Source: Bdellovibrionales bacterium
GTDB taxonomy: Bacteria; Bdellovibrionota; Bdellovibrionia; Bdellovibrionales; JAGQZY01
Length of the DNA stretch: 64,000 nucleotides
NCBI GenBank assembly: GCA_964230645.1
Contig: CAXRHT010000003.1
Coordinates: 739,949 to 803,948 of the forward strand
Reading direction: 5' to 3'
Below the pieces are notes generated by a model, which made no database searches, was not told the origin of the DNA, and was given only the letters and a program-made list of their open reading frames with translations. Shown piece by piece: positions 10,349 through 19,664 of this stretch (positions within the stretch are counted from its first letter, which is position 1; each line of letters opens with the position of its first letter). The translations under genes were made by a program, and so were the position numbers.

Positions 10349-10364
10349 TGGCACTTCTTTTGAT
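10349..10364 (+). promoter_or_regulatory. sigma54-like -24/-12 promoter (imperfect -12)
   Basis: TGGCAC-TTCTT-TTGAT upstream of ATG 10402. Confidence 0.45.
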
Positions 10365-10401
10365 ATAAAAAGAGGTAGCGGAACAAAATAGGAAGGACAA
10401 A

Positions 10402-11004
10402 ATGAATAAAATCATTCTAATGACAATTTCTACACTTCTTACTTTTAACACAAGCTTTGCGCAAGAGAGCAATAGCTCCTCTCAAATTATGAGAATGGTT
10501 TGTATGAAGACCTTGAGCACTGGTGGTTACACTGGGAAGGTTTATGTGATCGAGCAAGTTAATCCTGACATCTATGATGGTTCCGTTTTTTCAGAAAATA
10601 TCCCACGCCAAAATGGTGAAATGGTTTTAAGAACAGATATGGTTCCCTTTCGAGTCACCATTTTCCCTCAAGTTGATGGCCTCCGAGGGATTTCAGATTA
10701 CACAAGTTTAGGAAACGAACTGTTAAATACCGTACAGAGTCGGAGATCATCGGTGGTAGATTCTATGGGCTATCGTATGCACATGGGCCGAGATCATCAT
10801 TATTTCTTTTCACTGAATCCATCCGGTTCAGACTATATTAGGCATGACGTTGATAATCCTGAAGGAACTCATTACCAACATGGCGAAGACGGCGGACGAA
10901 TGGAGTGCCAATCTCCTTACTCAGTGGCCTTCAATTCAGCTCCTGAAATTCTAGACGAGGAACAAACCTCTGATATCGTTACAGCCAGTTACGTCGCCGA
11001 ATAG
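10402..11004 (+). CDS. Secreted hypothetical protein (paralogue of 11306..11827)
   Basis: Signal peptide ending SFA; alignable to the downstream ORF. Confidence 0.8.
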   Translation: MNKIILMTISTLLTFNTSFAQESNSSSQIMRMVCMKTLSTGGYTGKVYVIEQVNPDIYDGSVFSENIPRQNGEMVLRTDMVPFRVTIFPQVDGLRGISDYTSLGNELLNTVQSRRSSVVDSMGYRMHMGRDHHYFFSLNPSGSDYIRHDVDNPEGTHYQHGEDGGRMECQSPYSVAFNSAPEILDEEQTSDIVTASYVAE

Positions 11005-11035
11005 AGCTTTGCATCCGAAAATATGGAAAACTTCC

Positions 11036-11063
11036 TGTCGTCCTGAGACGAAGTCGAAGGGCC
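11036..11063 (+). repeat. REP-like short palindromic element
   Basis: TGTCGTCCTGAGACGAAGTCGAAGGGCC; related copy at 38351. Confidence 0.45.
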
Positions 11064-11305
11064 TGTGAGAGCTGGGTCGAAGTTCTCAAAATATAGGTAA
11101 CTCGATTGCAAATATATAGTCATTCTAAATAGTTATCGAAATGGCAACAAATCAAACAAAGGACGTCTAACCTGTTGGCTGGTTATACAACCCTGAAAAA
11201 CCTTCAGTCTGACTTAATAAATGGCCAATAGGCATGTATACATAATTCAATGAAAAGAGTTTATCGAAATAGATAGAAATACCACTCTTGTTCATTGGAG
11301 TTTGT

Positions 11306-11827
11306 ATGAAAAATTTAATTCTATCCACTTTAGTTTTTTTGCTTCTTCCAGCAATGAGTTCTGCTCAGTCTGATCCTATTATGGAAATGGTTTGTCTGGC
11401 CACTATTTCAAATAGTGATGGCAGTACCCATCATAGAGGACAAGTCTTTGTAATTACGCAAACGGAAACAGGTACCTATCCTGCTAGTGTTTTTGTTGAT
11501 CGTTTTCCCCAGTTTGATGGGAAGCCTTTGATACGAACCGATTGGGTTTCCTTCAATTTAAAATATTTCAAACAGGCCCCTTCCATCAATGAAGGAGAAG
11601 ACGCCTCAGCTTACGCCACCGATCTTACCGAAAACCACGAATTCGAAGAAATTTCCACGCAAGGCTACAGATATCACGCTCGAGTGGGAGCCCACTATTA
11701 TTTCGGCTGGGGTAGCAACACAGTGGAGGAGTTCATCCGCTACAACCCCCTCAGCCCCGAAGACAGTATCTTCGATGATGGAAATACAGGCGGAGTCCTC
11801 GACTGCCTGCCACCTTATCTAAAATAA
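11306..11827 (+). CDS. Secreted hypothetical protein (paralogue of 10402..11004)
   Basis: ATG 11306 behind GGAG; signal peptide; shared M.MVC, RTD.V.F, GYR.H....HY.F and GG...C..PY motifs. Confidence 0.8.
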   Translation: MKNLILSTLVFLLLPAMSSAQSDPIMEMVCLATISNSDGSTHHRGQVFVITQTETGTYPASVFVDRFPQFDGKPLIRTDWVSFNLKYFKQAPSINEGEDASAYATDLTENHEFEEISTQGYRYHARVGAHYYFGWGSNTVEEFIRYNPLSPEDSIFDDGNTGGVLDCLPPYLK

Positions 11828-11871
11828 TATTTTTTCTCAGTAATCGTTTGAGTCTGTCTCAGAGGAGACAA

Positions 11872-12648
11872 CTACCAAGGTAGTTTTTCCCCGTCCCAAG
11901 AGTAGAAGGCACCGTTATCAGTAGGAATTTGTAGTTGCTTGACAACCTTCCACAAATTCTCAGCCGTGTCGTTGGGAGTATGAATCTTGTACTTCTTCTT
12001 TGCGGTTTCCATGAAGGGTTCAGAGAGTTTGGTTTCAGTAGTCCCTGGGTGAAGGGCGACAATTAAGGAACTTTTATTAAACCGTCCCAATTCTCTAGAG
12101 AATGTTTTCATAAACATATTCAAGGAGGCTTTTGCCATTCGGTAGCTATACCAGCCGCCAATATTGTTATCAGTGATACTCCCGACCTTTGCGGAGATGG
12201 AAAAAAAGCGGGGTTGTTCGGACGCTCTTAAAAGAGCTTTAAAGTATTTGCCTATCAAAATTGCTGGAATGACATTATTTTCATAGACCTTTAAATGTCC
12301 CTCGGGGGTTAACTCTTCAGCCTTTCTCTCTGGTCCAAGATCACCTATAGTAAGGATACCTATACAATTGATGATTAAATCGATCTTTTTAATTTTAAGT
12401 TTCTCCAACTTCTCACAAAAACTTAAGAAGTCGGGCTCCTTAGTGCCCTCGAGTTCAATCAGGGTTAAACGATCTTTAAATTGTTGCGAAAGGTCTTTTA
12501 AACTCTGCTTGTCACTGCTTTTTCTATAGGTTGCGAAAACCTGGGAGGAGGGATTTTCATTTAATAGGAGATTGGTAAACGCTAAACCAATCCCTGAACT
12601 CGCCCCAAAAACGACTTGAATTTCTTGATCAGGACGAGATTGACTCAT
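11872..12648 (-). CDS. Short-chain dehydrogenase/reductase (CsgA/C-factor-like subgroup)
   Basis: GASSGIG Rossmann motif, SAKVGSI, YSYRMAK (YxxxK), ALHPGTTET, WDG..LPW. Confidence 0.9.
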   Translation of the reverse strand: MSQSRPDQEIQVVFGASSGIGLAFTNLLLNENPSSQVFATYRKSSDKQSLKDLSQQFKDRLTLIELEGTKEPDFLSFCEKLEKLKIKKIDLIINCIGILTIGDLGPERKAEELTPEGHLKVYENNVIPAILIGKYFKALLRASEQPRFFSISAKVGSITDNNIGGWYSYRMAKASLNMFMKTFSRELGRFNKSSLIVALHPGTTETKLSEPFMETAKKKYKIHTPNDTAENLWKVVKQLQIPTDNGAFYSWDGEKLPW

Positions 12649-14766
12649 CTAGTTTTTCACCTTGAAAAGGTGTTTGTGGAAGAATTCGTAAATCAATGCG
12701 CGTCTATGGGCTTCTTCCTCAAGGTTAACCATGGTGGAATGTCCGCCTTGTTGATTCTCGTAATAATAAATATCATCAAAACCCATATCTTGCATTTTAT
12801 GAGCCATCTTCCTTGCGTGTCCCGGATGGACTCGGTCGTCTTTTTGTGAGGTGTAAAAAAAGACGGCTGGATAATCCTTGGTTTTCTTAACATTTTGGTA
12901 AGGGGAGTATTTTAGGATATAGGATCTCTCCTTAGGAACTGAAGGATCGCCATACTCAGAAATCCAGCTCGCTCCTGCTAAAAGTTTTGTGTAGCGAATC
13001 ATATCGATCAAAGGAACTATCGAGGAAACCGCTCCGAAAAGATCTGGCCGTTGCACCATGACAGCTGAAACCAAAAGTCCACCATTACTACGGCCACGAA
13101 TACCTAGTTTTTTATTTGTTGTGAACTTTCTTTTGATCAAATTCTCGGCCACTGCAATAAAGTCATCATAGGCTTTTTGACGATTCTTTTTAAGAGCAGC
13201 TTGGTGCCAATCGGGACCAAACTCTCCTCCGCCACGGATGTTAGCTAGGACAAAAAGACCGCCTTTCTCAAGCCAGTTGTGCCCTATTTCGGAGTTATAG
13301 CGAGGCAATAAATTGATTTGAAATCCGCCATATCCGTAGAGAATGGTCGGAGCCTGACCTTTTTTCAATGCCGACTTTTTACCAACAATGAAATAGGGAA
13401 CACGAGTCCCATCGGCACTCTTTGCCCAGTACTGCTTTAATGTCATGCCTTTTGTTTTAAACTTTCCTTTTAATGACTTAAGAATGCTCTTCTTTTTAGT
13501 GTCGGCATCATAGTAGTAGAGCCTAGAAGGCTTAAGGTAGTTTTCAGCTTTAAATAGTAAATGATTTTGTTTTCTGGAGGAGTCCATCATTTTTATAACC
13601 GAGCTACTGCTGGCGAGCTTTAAATTCGTGCTAACAAACTCTCCGTTTTTGTAAGATATTTTTTTGAGTTTTGTTTTTACGTTTTCTAGGACTGTGAAGA
13701 CCATAGAGTCCTTCAACACCACTGCGTCCAAAAGAGAAGCTTTAGGTTTCGGAGTGAAAACAAGTTTGAGGTCTTCTTTTTTTATTTTTTTCCCAAAAGA
13801 TTCTGTACCTAGAGCTAGGACCTGACCTTTTTTAAATTCAAATTCTTTTGTTTCCCAATTGTCTTTGAGTTCAAAAATTAAAAAACCTGAGAAGATTGTT
13901 AGAACTCGCACTGTACTGGGGATGTTGATGGGTTTCTGATAGTTTTTACCTGCGCTTAAAATTTGTTTTTCCCAGAAACCCTTGTGGAGTTGAGCCAAGG
14001 TATAGTGCCGATTGCCGTCTTGATAGGTTTCAAATTCCATTCCTAGATAATCTTTCGGCAATTCAAAAACAGTTTTAGCTTTGTCTAAAGGAGTTCCTCG
14101 GCGCCATACCTTTCCTAGTCTCCCGTAACCGGACTCTGTCAACGATCCCTCTCCAAAATTAGAAGATACCAAGAGGTGGTGACGGTCAATCCAGCGCACA
14201 TCGGTTTTAGCTTCGGGAATGACAAAGCCATTTTTTACAAAACGTTTTTTTCTGGTGTTGAACTCTCTATAAACCGCTGCGTCGGTTCCTCCTGGTGAAA
14301 GCGCGAGTAAACACAGAGTTTCTTTTGGCTTTAAGCAAGTGTAGCTGTTCAAGACCCATGGCTTTTTCTCTTTCTTCGCCAGACGATCGATATTGAGAAC
14401 AGTTTCCCAATCCTCGATATTTTTCAGTCGATTGGAAATTTTCGTTCTTTTCCACAGTCCTTTAGGATTTTTTTTGGTTCTCCATAAGGTGTAGTAGTAT
14501 TCGCCCAAAGTGTTGATATTAGGAATTTGATTCGAAGACTCTAGGTTTTCATTGGTAAACGCTTTCATTTCTTCGAATCTTTTGGATTGCGCGAGCTGTT
14601 CATTGGTTTTTTTGTTTTGGTCTTTGGCCCATTCCACAGCCTTTTTACCCTCAACTTCTTCTAACCAGAGATATGGGTCCTCCTCAGCCTGAGGTGTCGA
14701 GGAGCAAGCTGCGACAAAGAGCAAGCAATAGCTTAGTAGAATCTGAACGGTGGCTTTTAATGTCAT
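12649..14766 (-). CDS. Prolyl oligopeptidase (S9A), lipoprotein
   Basis: DPYLWLE, YGYGGF, NIRGGGEFG, GRSNGGL nucleophile, DDRVHPGHARK, GGH; lipobox VAAC. Confidence 0.95.
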   Translation of the reverse strand: MTLKATVQILLSYCLLFVAACSSTPQAEEDPYLWLEEVEGKKAVEWAKDQNKKTNEQLAQSKRFEEMKAFTNENLESSNQIPNINTLGEYYYTLWRTKKNPKGLWKRTKISNRLKNIEDWETVLNIDRLAKKEKKPWVLNSYTCLKPKETLCLLALSPGGTDAAVYREFNTRKKRFVKNGFVIPEAKTDVRWIDRHHLLVSSNFGEGSLTESGYGRLGKVWRRGTPLDKAKTVFELPKDYLGMEFETYQDGNRHYTLAQLHKGFWEKQILSAGKNYQKPINIPSTVRVLTIFSGFLIFELKDNWETKEFEFKKGQVLALGTESFGKKIKKEDLKLVFTPKPKASLLDAVVLKDSMVFTVLENVKTKLKKISYKNGEFVSTNLKLASSSSVIKMMDSSRKQNHLLFKAENYLKPSRLYYYDADTKKKSILKSLKGKFKTKGMTLKQYWAKSADGTRVPYFIVGKKSALKKGQAPTILYGYGGFQINLLPRYNSEIGHNWLEKGGLFVLANIRGGGEFGPDWHQAALKKNRQKAYDDFIAVAENLIKRKFTTNKKLGIRGRSNGGLLVSAVMVQRPDLFGAVSSIVPLIDMIRYTKLLAGASWISEYGDPSVPKERSYILKYSPYQNVKKTKDYPAVFFYTSQKDDRVHPGHARKMAHKMQDMGFDDIYYYENQQGGHSTMVNLEEEAHRRALIYEFFHKHLFKVKN

Positions 14767-14857
14767 GATTTACTCCCCAGAAAGAATCAAGGGCGCATAT
14801 TAAAAGACATTTCTATAGGTTTAAAGATATTTTTGATTTGATAGCGGCGGTCAAAAA

Positions 14858-15568
14858 TTAGGCGACTTTTTTAGGCTCTTCAGGCTCCTGGCCTTGGAAG
14901 CGCTTCATATAGTCTAAGATTATGGCATTGGACTCGGCTTGAATCTCCCCAAATCGGATACCCACAAAGCCCTGATCGGTATTATAGACCACAGTGCCAT
15001 TGACGTTAATTGAGGTGCCGAGGTCTTCGCTCTCGACTTTGAGAGTCACTTGCGTTCCTGGCTCAAAATTAGGCCCCAGCCCGTAAACACCAATACCGCC
15101 CTGACCTATGGTGGCCGTTTTGACGACATAGCTAAAACGCGAAGCATCGCGAGTGATTTTGGCCAGTCCCATTAGCGGGGCTCTAAGGAAGTTTCTCCTT
15201 GAGAGGTTCAAAGCCTCCATAAAAGGATAGGAAGAGAAAACCGGAACCCAATTGTGAGAGTCTTGGTTGGCCACGGCCACCATCTGTAAACTCTCCATTT
15301 CTTTGAGCTCATTAACGACTTGATTGAAATCGAGGTCCTCGATGCTTCCTTTGGGCGTACGAATCTTCCACTTCTTTCCATCGCCGTTTGTCATGGCTGA
15401 CATCTTATCCAGGTTTCCTTCCCATTCAGAAACGGGCACCCATTCCACTTGTCCCTTAGACCAAATGTAGGCGCCATAGCTGATCTCGCCATCTTTAAGG
15501 TCTTTAAGAATCTTCTCTGTGGTAAAAGGTCCTAATATTTTTTCATCGTGGTGAACAAACCAAGTCAT
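14858..15568 (-). CDS. GYF_2 (DUF4339) plus PilZ domain protein
   Basis: N-terminal W......GPF...YIWSKG..EW; C-terminal RRNFLRAP and TIGQGG, GIRF PilZ motifs. Confidence 0.75.
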   Translation of the reverse strand: MTWFVHHDEKILGPFTTEKILKDLKDGEISYGAYIWSKGQVEWVPVSEWEGNLDKMSAMTNGDGKKWKIRTPKGSIEDLDFNQVVNELKEMESLQMVAVANQDSHNWVPVFSSYPFMEALNLSRRNFLRAPLMGLAKITRDASRFSYVVKTATIGQGGIGVYGLGPNFEPGTQVTLKVESEDLGTSINVNGTVVYNTDQGFVGIRFGEIQAESNAIILDYMKRFQGQEPEEPKKVA

Positions 15569-15575
15569 CGTCTCT

Positions 15576-15603
15576 TTATCGGCGGCGGGGCAGGGGAACT
15601 TGA
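15576..15603 (-). promoter_or_regulatory. sigma28 promoter, probably producing a leaderless mRNA
   Basis: TCAA-N16-GCCGATAA, ending 7 nt before ATG 15568. Confidence 0.65.
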
Positions 15604-15683
15604 GCCTTTTTGCCCCCGTTTCAATATGATATGACTTAGGGACTCGGGCGAGATTATAATCGCTTTAAAAGGTAAATCGCTTT

Positions 15684-16661
15684 ATGTGGAAATGGATTGT
15701 CGCAACATTGATTTTCGGTCTGATCGTTTTGGAGCTTGTTTTTTTTGCTCCTCAAGCGGGCGACCGCAAGACCGGTAAGGATTGGAAAGATTCTGCTGAC
15801 CAAGCGGCTGTGGAAAAAGATGTTGAGCAGGTTCTCTCGGGCATTCACCTGGTTGAAGGAAAGGGTGAGAAGAAATCATGGGAGCTTGATTCCGACCAGG
15901 CCACAAAAAAGAAAAACAGTGAAGACTGGCACCTTGAAACCGTGAAGGTGAAATTTTTTGGAGAAAACTCCGTTTCCTATGTCGCTAACGGCGATGAAGG
16001 CTATGTGGGTGACAATCAAAAAAAACTAAAAATCGAAGGGGATGTGGTTATCACCTCTTCGAATGGTTATGTCCTTAATACAGAGGTTATTTTTTACAAA
16101 GCCAAAGATCGCACCATTGATGGTCCAAAGCCGGTGAAGCTCAAAGGGCCGCCGGATAAAAATGGCGATGGTGGTCCCCTTTTTATGGAGAGCGATACAT
16201 TTGATGCAAGTCTCAATACGAACATCATTAATCTAAAGAAAAATGTACGTGGCCGCAAAAGAATGAGTGGGGGGCGGAAAATGAAAATTCGTTCTCGCAA
16301 AGCGATTTTTAGTGGACAGTCCAATTACGCTCTTTTTAGAGAAGACGTTGTCATCAATGTCGACGATATGACGATCACAGGACCTAGAGCGAAATTTATT
16401 TACAAAGACAATGAGCTCTACTCGATGCTCATTGATGGCGGAGTAAAAATTAAGGATATAACCCGTTGGGGGGTGGCCGGTGAGGCTGAAGTCTTTTTCC
16501 AAGAAGACAAGTATATTTTTCGAGACAATCCAAAAGTGGTGGAAGGGCCGGATCAACTAGTCGGTGATATTATTATCGTCTATAATGGGGGTGACCGCAT
16601 CGAAGTGAAAAAGGCAAAGACGCGGTACAATTCCAACTCAGCCAAGGAGAGAAACTATTAG
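15684..16661 (+). CDS. lptC: LPS export protein with LptC plus LptA/OstA-like beta-jellyroll domains
   Basis: N-terminal TM, WEL.S..A, G.V.I...NGY.L.TE; second jellyroll repeat; directly upstream of lptB-rpoN. Confidence 0.8.
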   Translation: MWKWIVATLIFGLIVLELVFFAPQAGDRKTGKDWKDSADQAAVEKDVEQVLSGIHLVEGKGEKKSWELDSDQATKKKNSEDWHLETVKVKFFGENSVSYVANGDEGYVGDNQKKLKIEGDVVITSSNGYVLNTEVIFYKAKDRTIDGPKPVKLKGPPDKNGDGGPLFMESDTFDASLNTNIINLKKNVRGRKRMSGGRKMKIRSRKAIFSGQSNYALFREDVVINVDDMTITGPRAKFIYKDNELYSMLIDGGVKIKDITRWGVAGEAEVFFQEDKYIFRDNPKVVEGPDQLVGDIIIVYNGGDRIEVKKAKTRYNSNSAKERNY

Positions 16662-17379
16662 CCAGCTGGTCGTTAAAGGCATTCATAAGAGTTTTAAGCA
16701 CCGTCATGTGGTGAAGGGTGTTTCTCTTGAAGTGGAATCTTCCTCGGTGGTTGGCCTTCTTGGGCCCAATGGAGCTGGTAAAACCACAAGCTTCTATATG
16801 GTCGTTGGTTTAGTGCGCCCTGATGAAGGGCAGATCCATTTGAATGACGAAGTCATCACTGGACTTCCGATTTATGAAAGAGCCAGGCGAGGAATTAGTT
16901 ATCTTCCCCAAGAGCCCAGTGTTTTTCGGAAGCTCACTGTGAAAGAAAACATCCAAGTAGCACTTGATGCCCAAAACATCCGTGGCTCCCAGAAACAAGA
17001 AACATTAGAAAGACTATTGAATGAATTCAGTTTAAATCACATCACCGAAAGCTATGGATATGCTTTATCCGGTGGTGAGAGAAGGCGAGTGGAAATCGCA
17101 CGGTCTTTGGTCGGGCGACCAAAGTTCTTATTGCTTGATGAGCCTTTTGCCGGGATCGACCCAATTGCGGTGTACGATATCCAGCAGATTATAAAAAAAT
17201 TACGGGACCAAGGTATCGGAATTCTCATAACAGACCATAATGTGCGGGAAACGCTCGGCATTTGTGATTTTAGTTATATAATGAAGGAAGGGGCGGTCCA
17301 AGTGAAGGGAAGCCCCGACGATATCGCCAAATCAGAACTTGCGAGAAAGTTCTATCTTGGCGAGAATTTTCGACTCTAG
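16657..17379 (+). CDS. lptB: LPS export ABC ATPase LptB (probable ATT start)
   Basis: GPNGAGKTT, LSGGERRRVEIAR, DEPFAGIDP, ITDHNVRETL. The conserved N-terminus extends upstream of GTG 16708. Confidence 0.93.
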   Translation: MSQLVVKGIHKSFKHRHVVKGVSLEVESSSVVGLLGPNGAGKTTSFYMVVGLVRPDEGQIHLNDEVITGLPIYERARRGISYLPQEPSVFRKLTVKENIQVALDAQNIRGSQKQETLERLLNEFSLNHITESYGYALSGGERRRVEIARSLVGRPKFLLLDEPFAGIDPIAVYDIQQIIKKLRDQGIGILITDHNVRETLGICDFSYIMKEGAVQVKGSPDDIAKSELARKFYLGENFRL

Positions 17380-17390
17380 GAAGGAGCAGA

Positions 17391-18830
17391 ATGGCCGTTC
17401 ATATGAAACAGAGTTTAGCCCTCAAACAGGCGCTGAGGATGACCCCTCAGTTGCAGCAGGCAATTAAACTCTTGCAACTATCGCGACTCGAACTGGAAAC
17501 CGAAATTCGTAAAGAACTTGTTGAAAACCCTGTTCTCGAAGAGGGTATGGAAGTTGCTAATGATGAGGTTCGAAAGGAATCCGAAACTCCTCAACAAGAT
17601 GCGGACATGCAAGACCCCAGAAAACAAGATGAGTTTGAATGGGACGACTATTTCGAAAAGCAACAAAAGTCTAGAGAGACTAACTTTTCTCGCAGTAATG
17701 ACGAGATCATGAATTATGAGAATATCATTGCGTCCAAAGAAACCTTGCATGGTCATTTAACCTGGCAAGCCGGACTTTATGGTTTCAATGAAGAAGAGCT
17801 TGAGCAAGCACAAATGCTCATCGAGTACATTTCTGACGATGGTTACTTGAAAACCCCTCTTGATGAGATATCCAAAGATGAAGGCGTTCCGGTTGAAGAG
17901 TTGGAAGAGACTCTGACAATGGTACAGGAGTTTGACCCTCCGGGAGTCGGCGCGCGTAACCTGCAAGAGTGCCTATTGATTCAAGCGAAGCATTTACAAG
18001 AAGACACTCACGATTTTGTTCACCTAATCAATAATCATATGCATGATTTGGAAAAGAAAAATTATCCAGGCATTGCAAAGGCCATGGAAATCTCTGTGGA
18101 AGAAGTCATTGATATGTGCAAGATCATCAATACCATGGAGCCGAAGCCCGGTCGGGCCTTTACCTCCAATGACACACACTATGTGACACCGGATGTGTAT
18201 GTTTATAAAGTGGGGGATGAGTACGTTGTTTCTTTGAACGAAGATGGACTCCCTAAATTAAGAATTTCTAACTTTTATAAGAATATGCTCGCTGAGCACG
18301 AAGAAAAAAATAAAAAAGAAAAAGGCAAAAAGAACGAAGCGCAAGATTATGTCCAAGACAAGCTTCGTTCCGCCGTGTGGTTAATCAAGTCAATTCACCA
18401 GAGGCAGCGCACGATTTACAAAGTCTCCGAGAGTATCGTCAAGCACCAACAGGAGTTCTTTGAAAAAGGACCGGCTTTTATCAAGCCCATGATTCTTAGA
18501 GACATTGCAAATGATATTGAAATGCACGAATCCACCGTTTCACGTGTGACGACAGCTAAATATATGCACACTCCGCAAGGGATCTTTGAGCTAAAATACT
18601 TTTTTAACTCAGGAATTAGTAAAACCGGTGGAGGCTCGCTGGCGAGTGAGTCTGTTAAGCTTAAGATTAAAGATCTTATCGATGAAGAGGATCCGAAGAA
18701 GCCTCTTTCCGATCAAAAAATCGTGGATCTTCTTAAAAAAGACGGGATTAAGATTGCCAGAAGAACTGTGGCTAAATATAGAGATGTTCTTAAAATTTTA
18801 CCCTCTAGTAAAAGAAAGAAATACTTTTAA
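17391..18830 (+). CDS. rpoN: RNA polymerase sigma-54 factor
   Basis: MTPQLQQAIKLLQLS, HESTVSRVT HTH, ARRTVAKYR RpoN box. Confidence 0.98.
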   Translation: MAVHMKQSLALKQALRMTPQLQQAIKLLQLSRLELETEIRKELVENPVLEEGMEVANDEVRKESETPQQDADMQDPRKQDEFEWDDYFEKQQKSRETNFSRSNDEIMNYENIIASKETLHGHLTWQAGLYGFNEEELEQAQMLIEYISDDGYLKTPLDEISKDEGVPVEELEETLTMVQEFDPPGVGARNLQECLLIQAKHLQEDTHDFVHLINNHMHDLEKKNYPGIAKAMEISVEEVIDMCKIINTMEPKPGRAFTSNDTHYVTPDVYVYKVGDEYVVSLNEDGLPKLRISNFYKNMLAEHEEKNKKEKGKKNEAQDYVQDKLRSAVWLIKSIHQRQRTIYKVSESIVKHQQEFFEKGPAFIKPMILRDIANDIEMHESTVSRVTTAKYMHTPQGIFELKYFFNSGISKTGGGSLASESVKLKIKDLIDEEDPKKPLSDQKIVDLLKKDGIKIARRTVAKYRDVLKILPSSKRKKYF

Positions 18831-18884
18831 AGCCAAAATGATCTTTATACCGAATAAACTCTTTGGCTATTCTCAAGGTTTTCA

Positions 18885-19538
18885 ATGAAGTTTGGAAAGC
18901 GAGAGGCCATTCGGAGTATCAACAAGCATGGAGTTTGTCTTGTCTATCCCTTAAAGGGAAAAGACCCATTACCATCATTGTGGTCTGATTTTTTTCCTCG
19001 CTCGAATATGGATTGGGCTTGGGATGAAGAGGCCGATGAAAGAGTCAATGACCTATGGATTCTAATGAAAGAACTCTCAACTTCCAGAAAGGTCGTCTAT
19101 TCGAAGTGGTTTCGAGATCGAGGCACTTTTTTCTCACAAGATATTTTTGTGGCCTATCTTGCTTACCTCCGTCAGTATGGACAATTGCAACACAATCTTT
19201 TTCCTGAGGCTCGCCTTGTCTTCCAAGCCCTTAGTGAGAATTCCCCGCTGTCTACAAAAGAACTAAAAAAAGCAACAGAGCTTGAGGGCGCCTTTTTTAA
19301 GTCCACATACAGTAAGGCCTTAAGAGTTCTTTATCGCCGAGGGTTAATTGTTAGTTACGGCGAGCAGTATGATGGTGTTTTTCCTTCGGCTTGTATGGGG
19401 GCGACGTCTCTGATTTTTGAAGAGCTATGGAAGAAGTCTCAACAGAATCCTTCTGTCGAACCCATCGAAAGGCTAATAAAAGCTCATCCAGCTTTTGCTC
19501 GACAAGTTCAAAGGGTAGTAAAAGAGCTTAGTCTTTAG
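18885..19538 (+). CDS. Winged-helix protein, AlkZ-related
   Basis: LPSLW...W.WD...LW..KEL....VVYSKWF..RGTF, followed by a wHTH (SPLSTKELKK...KAL..L.RRGLI). Confidence 0.55.
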   Translation: MKFGKREAIRSINKHGVCLVYPLKGKDPLPSLWSDFFPRSNMDWAWDEEADERVNDLWILMKELSTSRKVVYSKWFRDRGTFFSQDIFVAYLAYLRQYGQLQHNLFPEARLVFQALSENSPLSTKELKKATELEGAFFKSTYSKALRVLYRRGLIVSYGEQYDGVFPSACMGATSLIFEELWKKSQQNPSVEPIERLIKAHPAFARQVQRVVKELSL

Positions 19539-19664
19539 GGGCCTTAGAAAGAGTGGCTGTTAAAATCGCCTCAACCTGAGACGAAAGCCGAGCAGCAATA
19601 TCTTAATAAGATAAAATGTTTAACAATAAGGATAGGTGTTCATTTTTTTGAACAGGGGATAATA

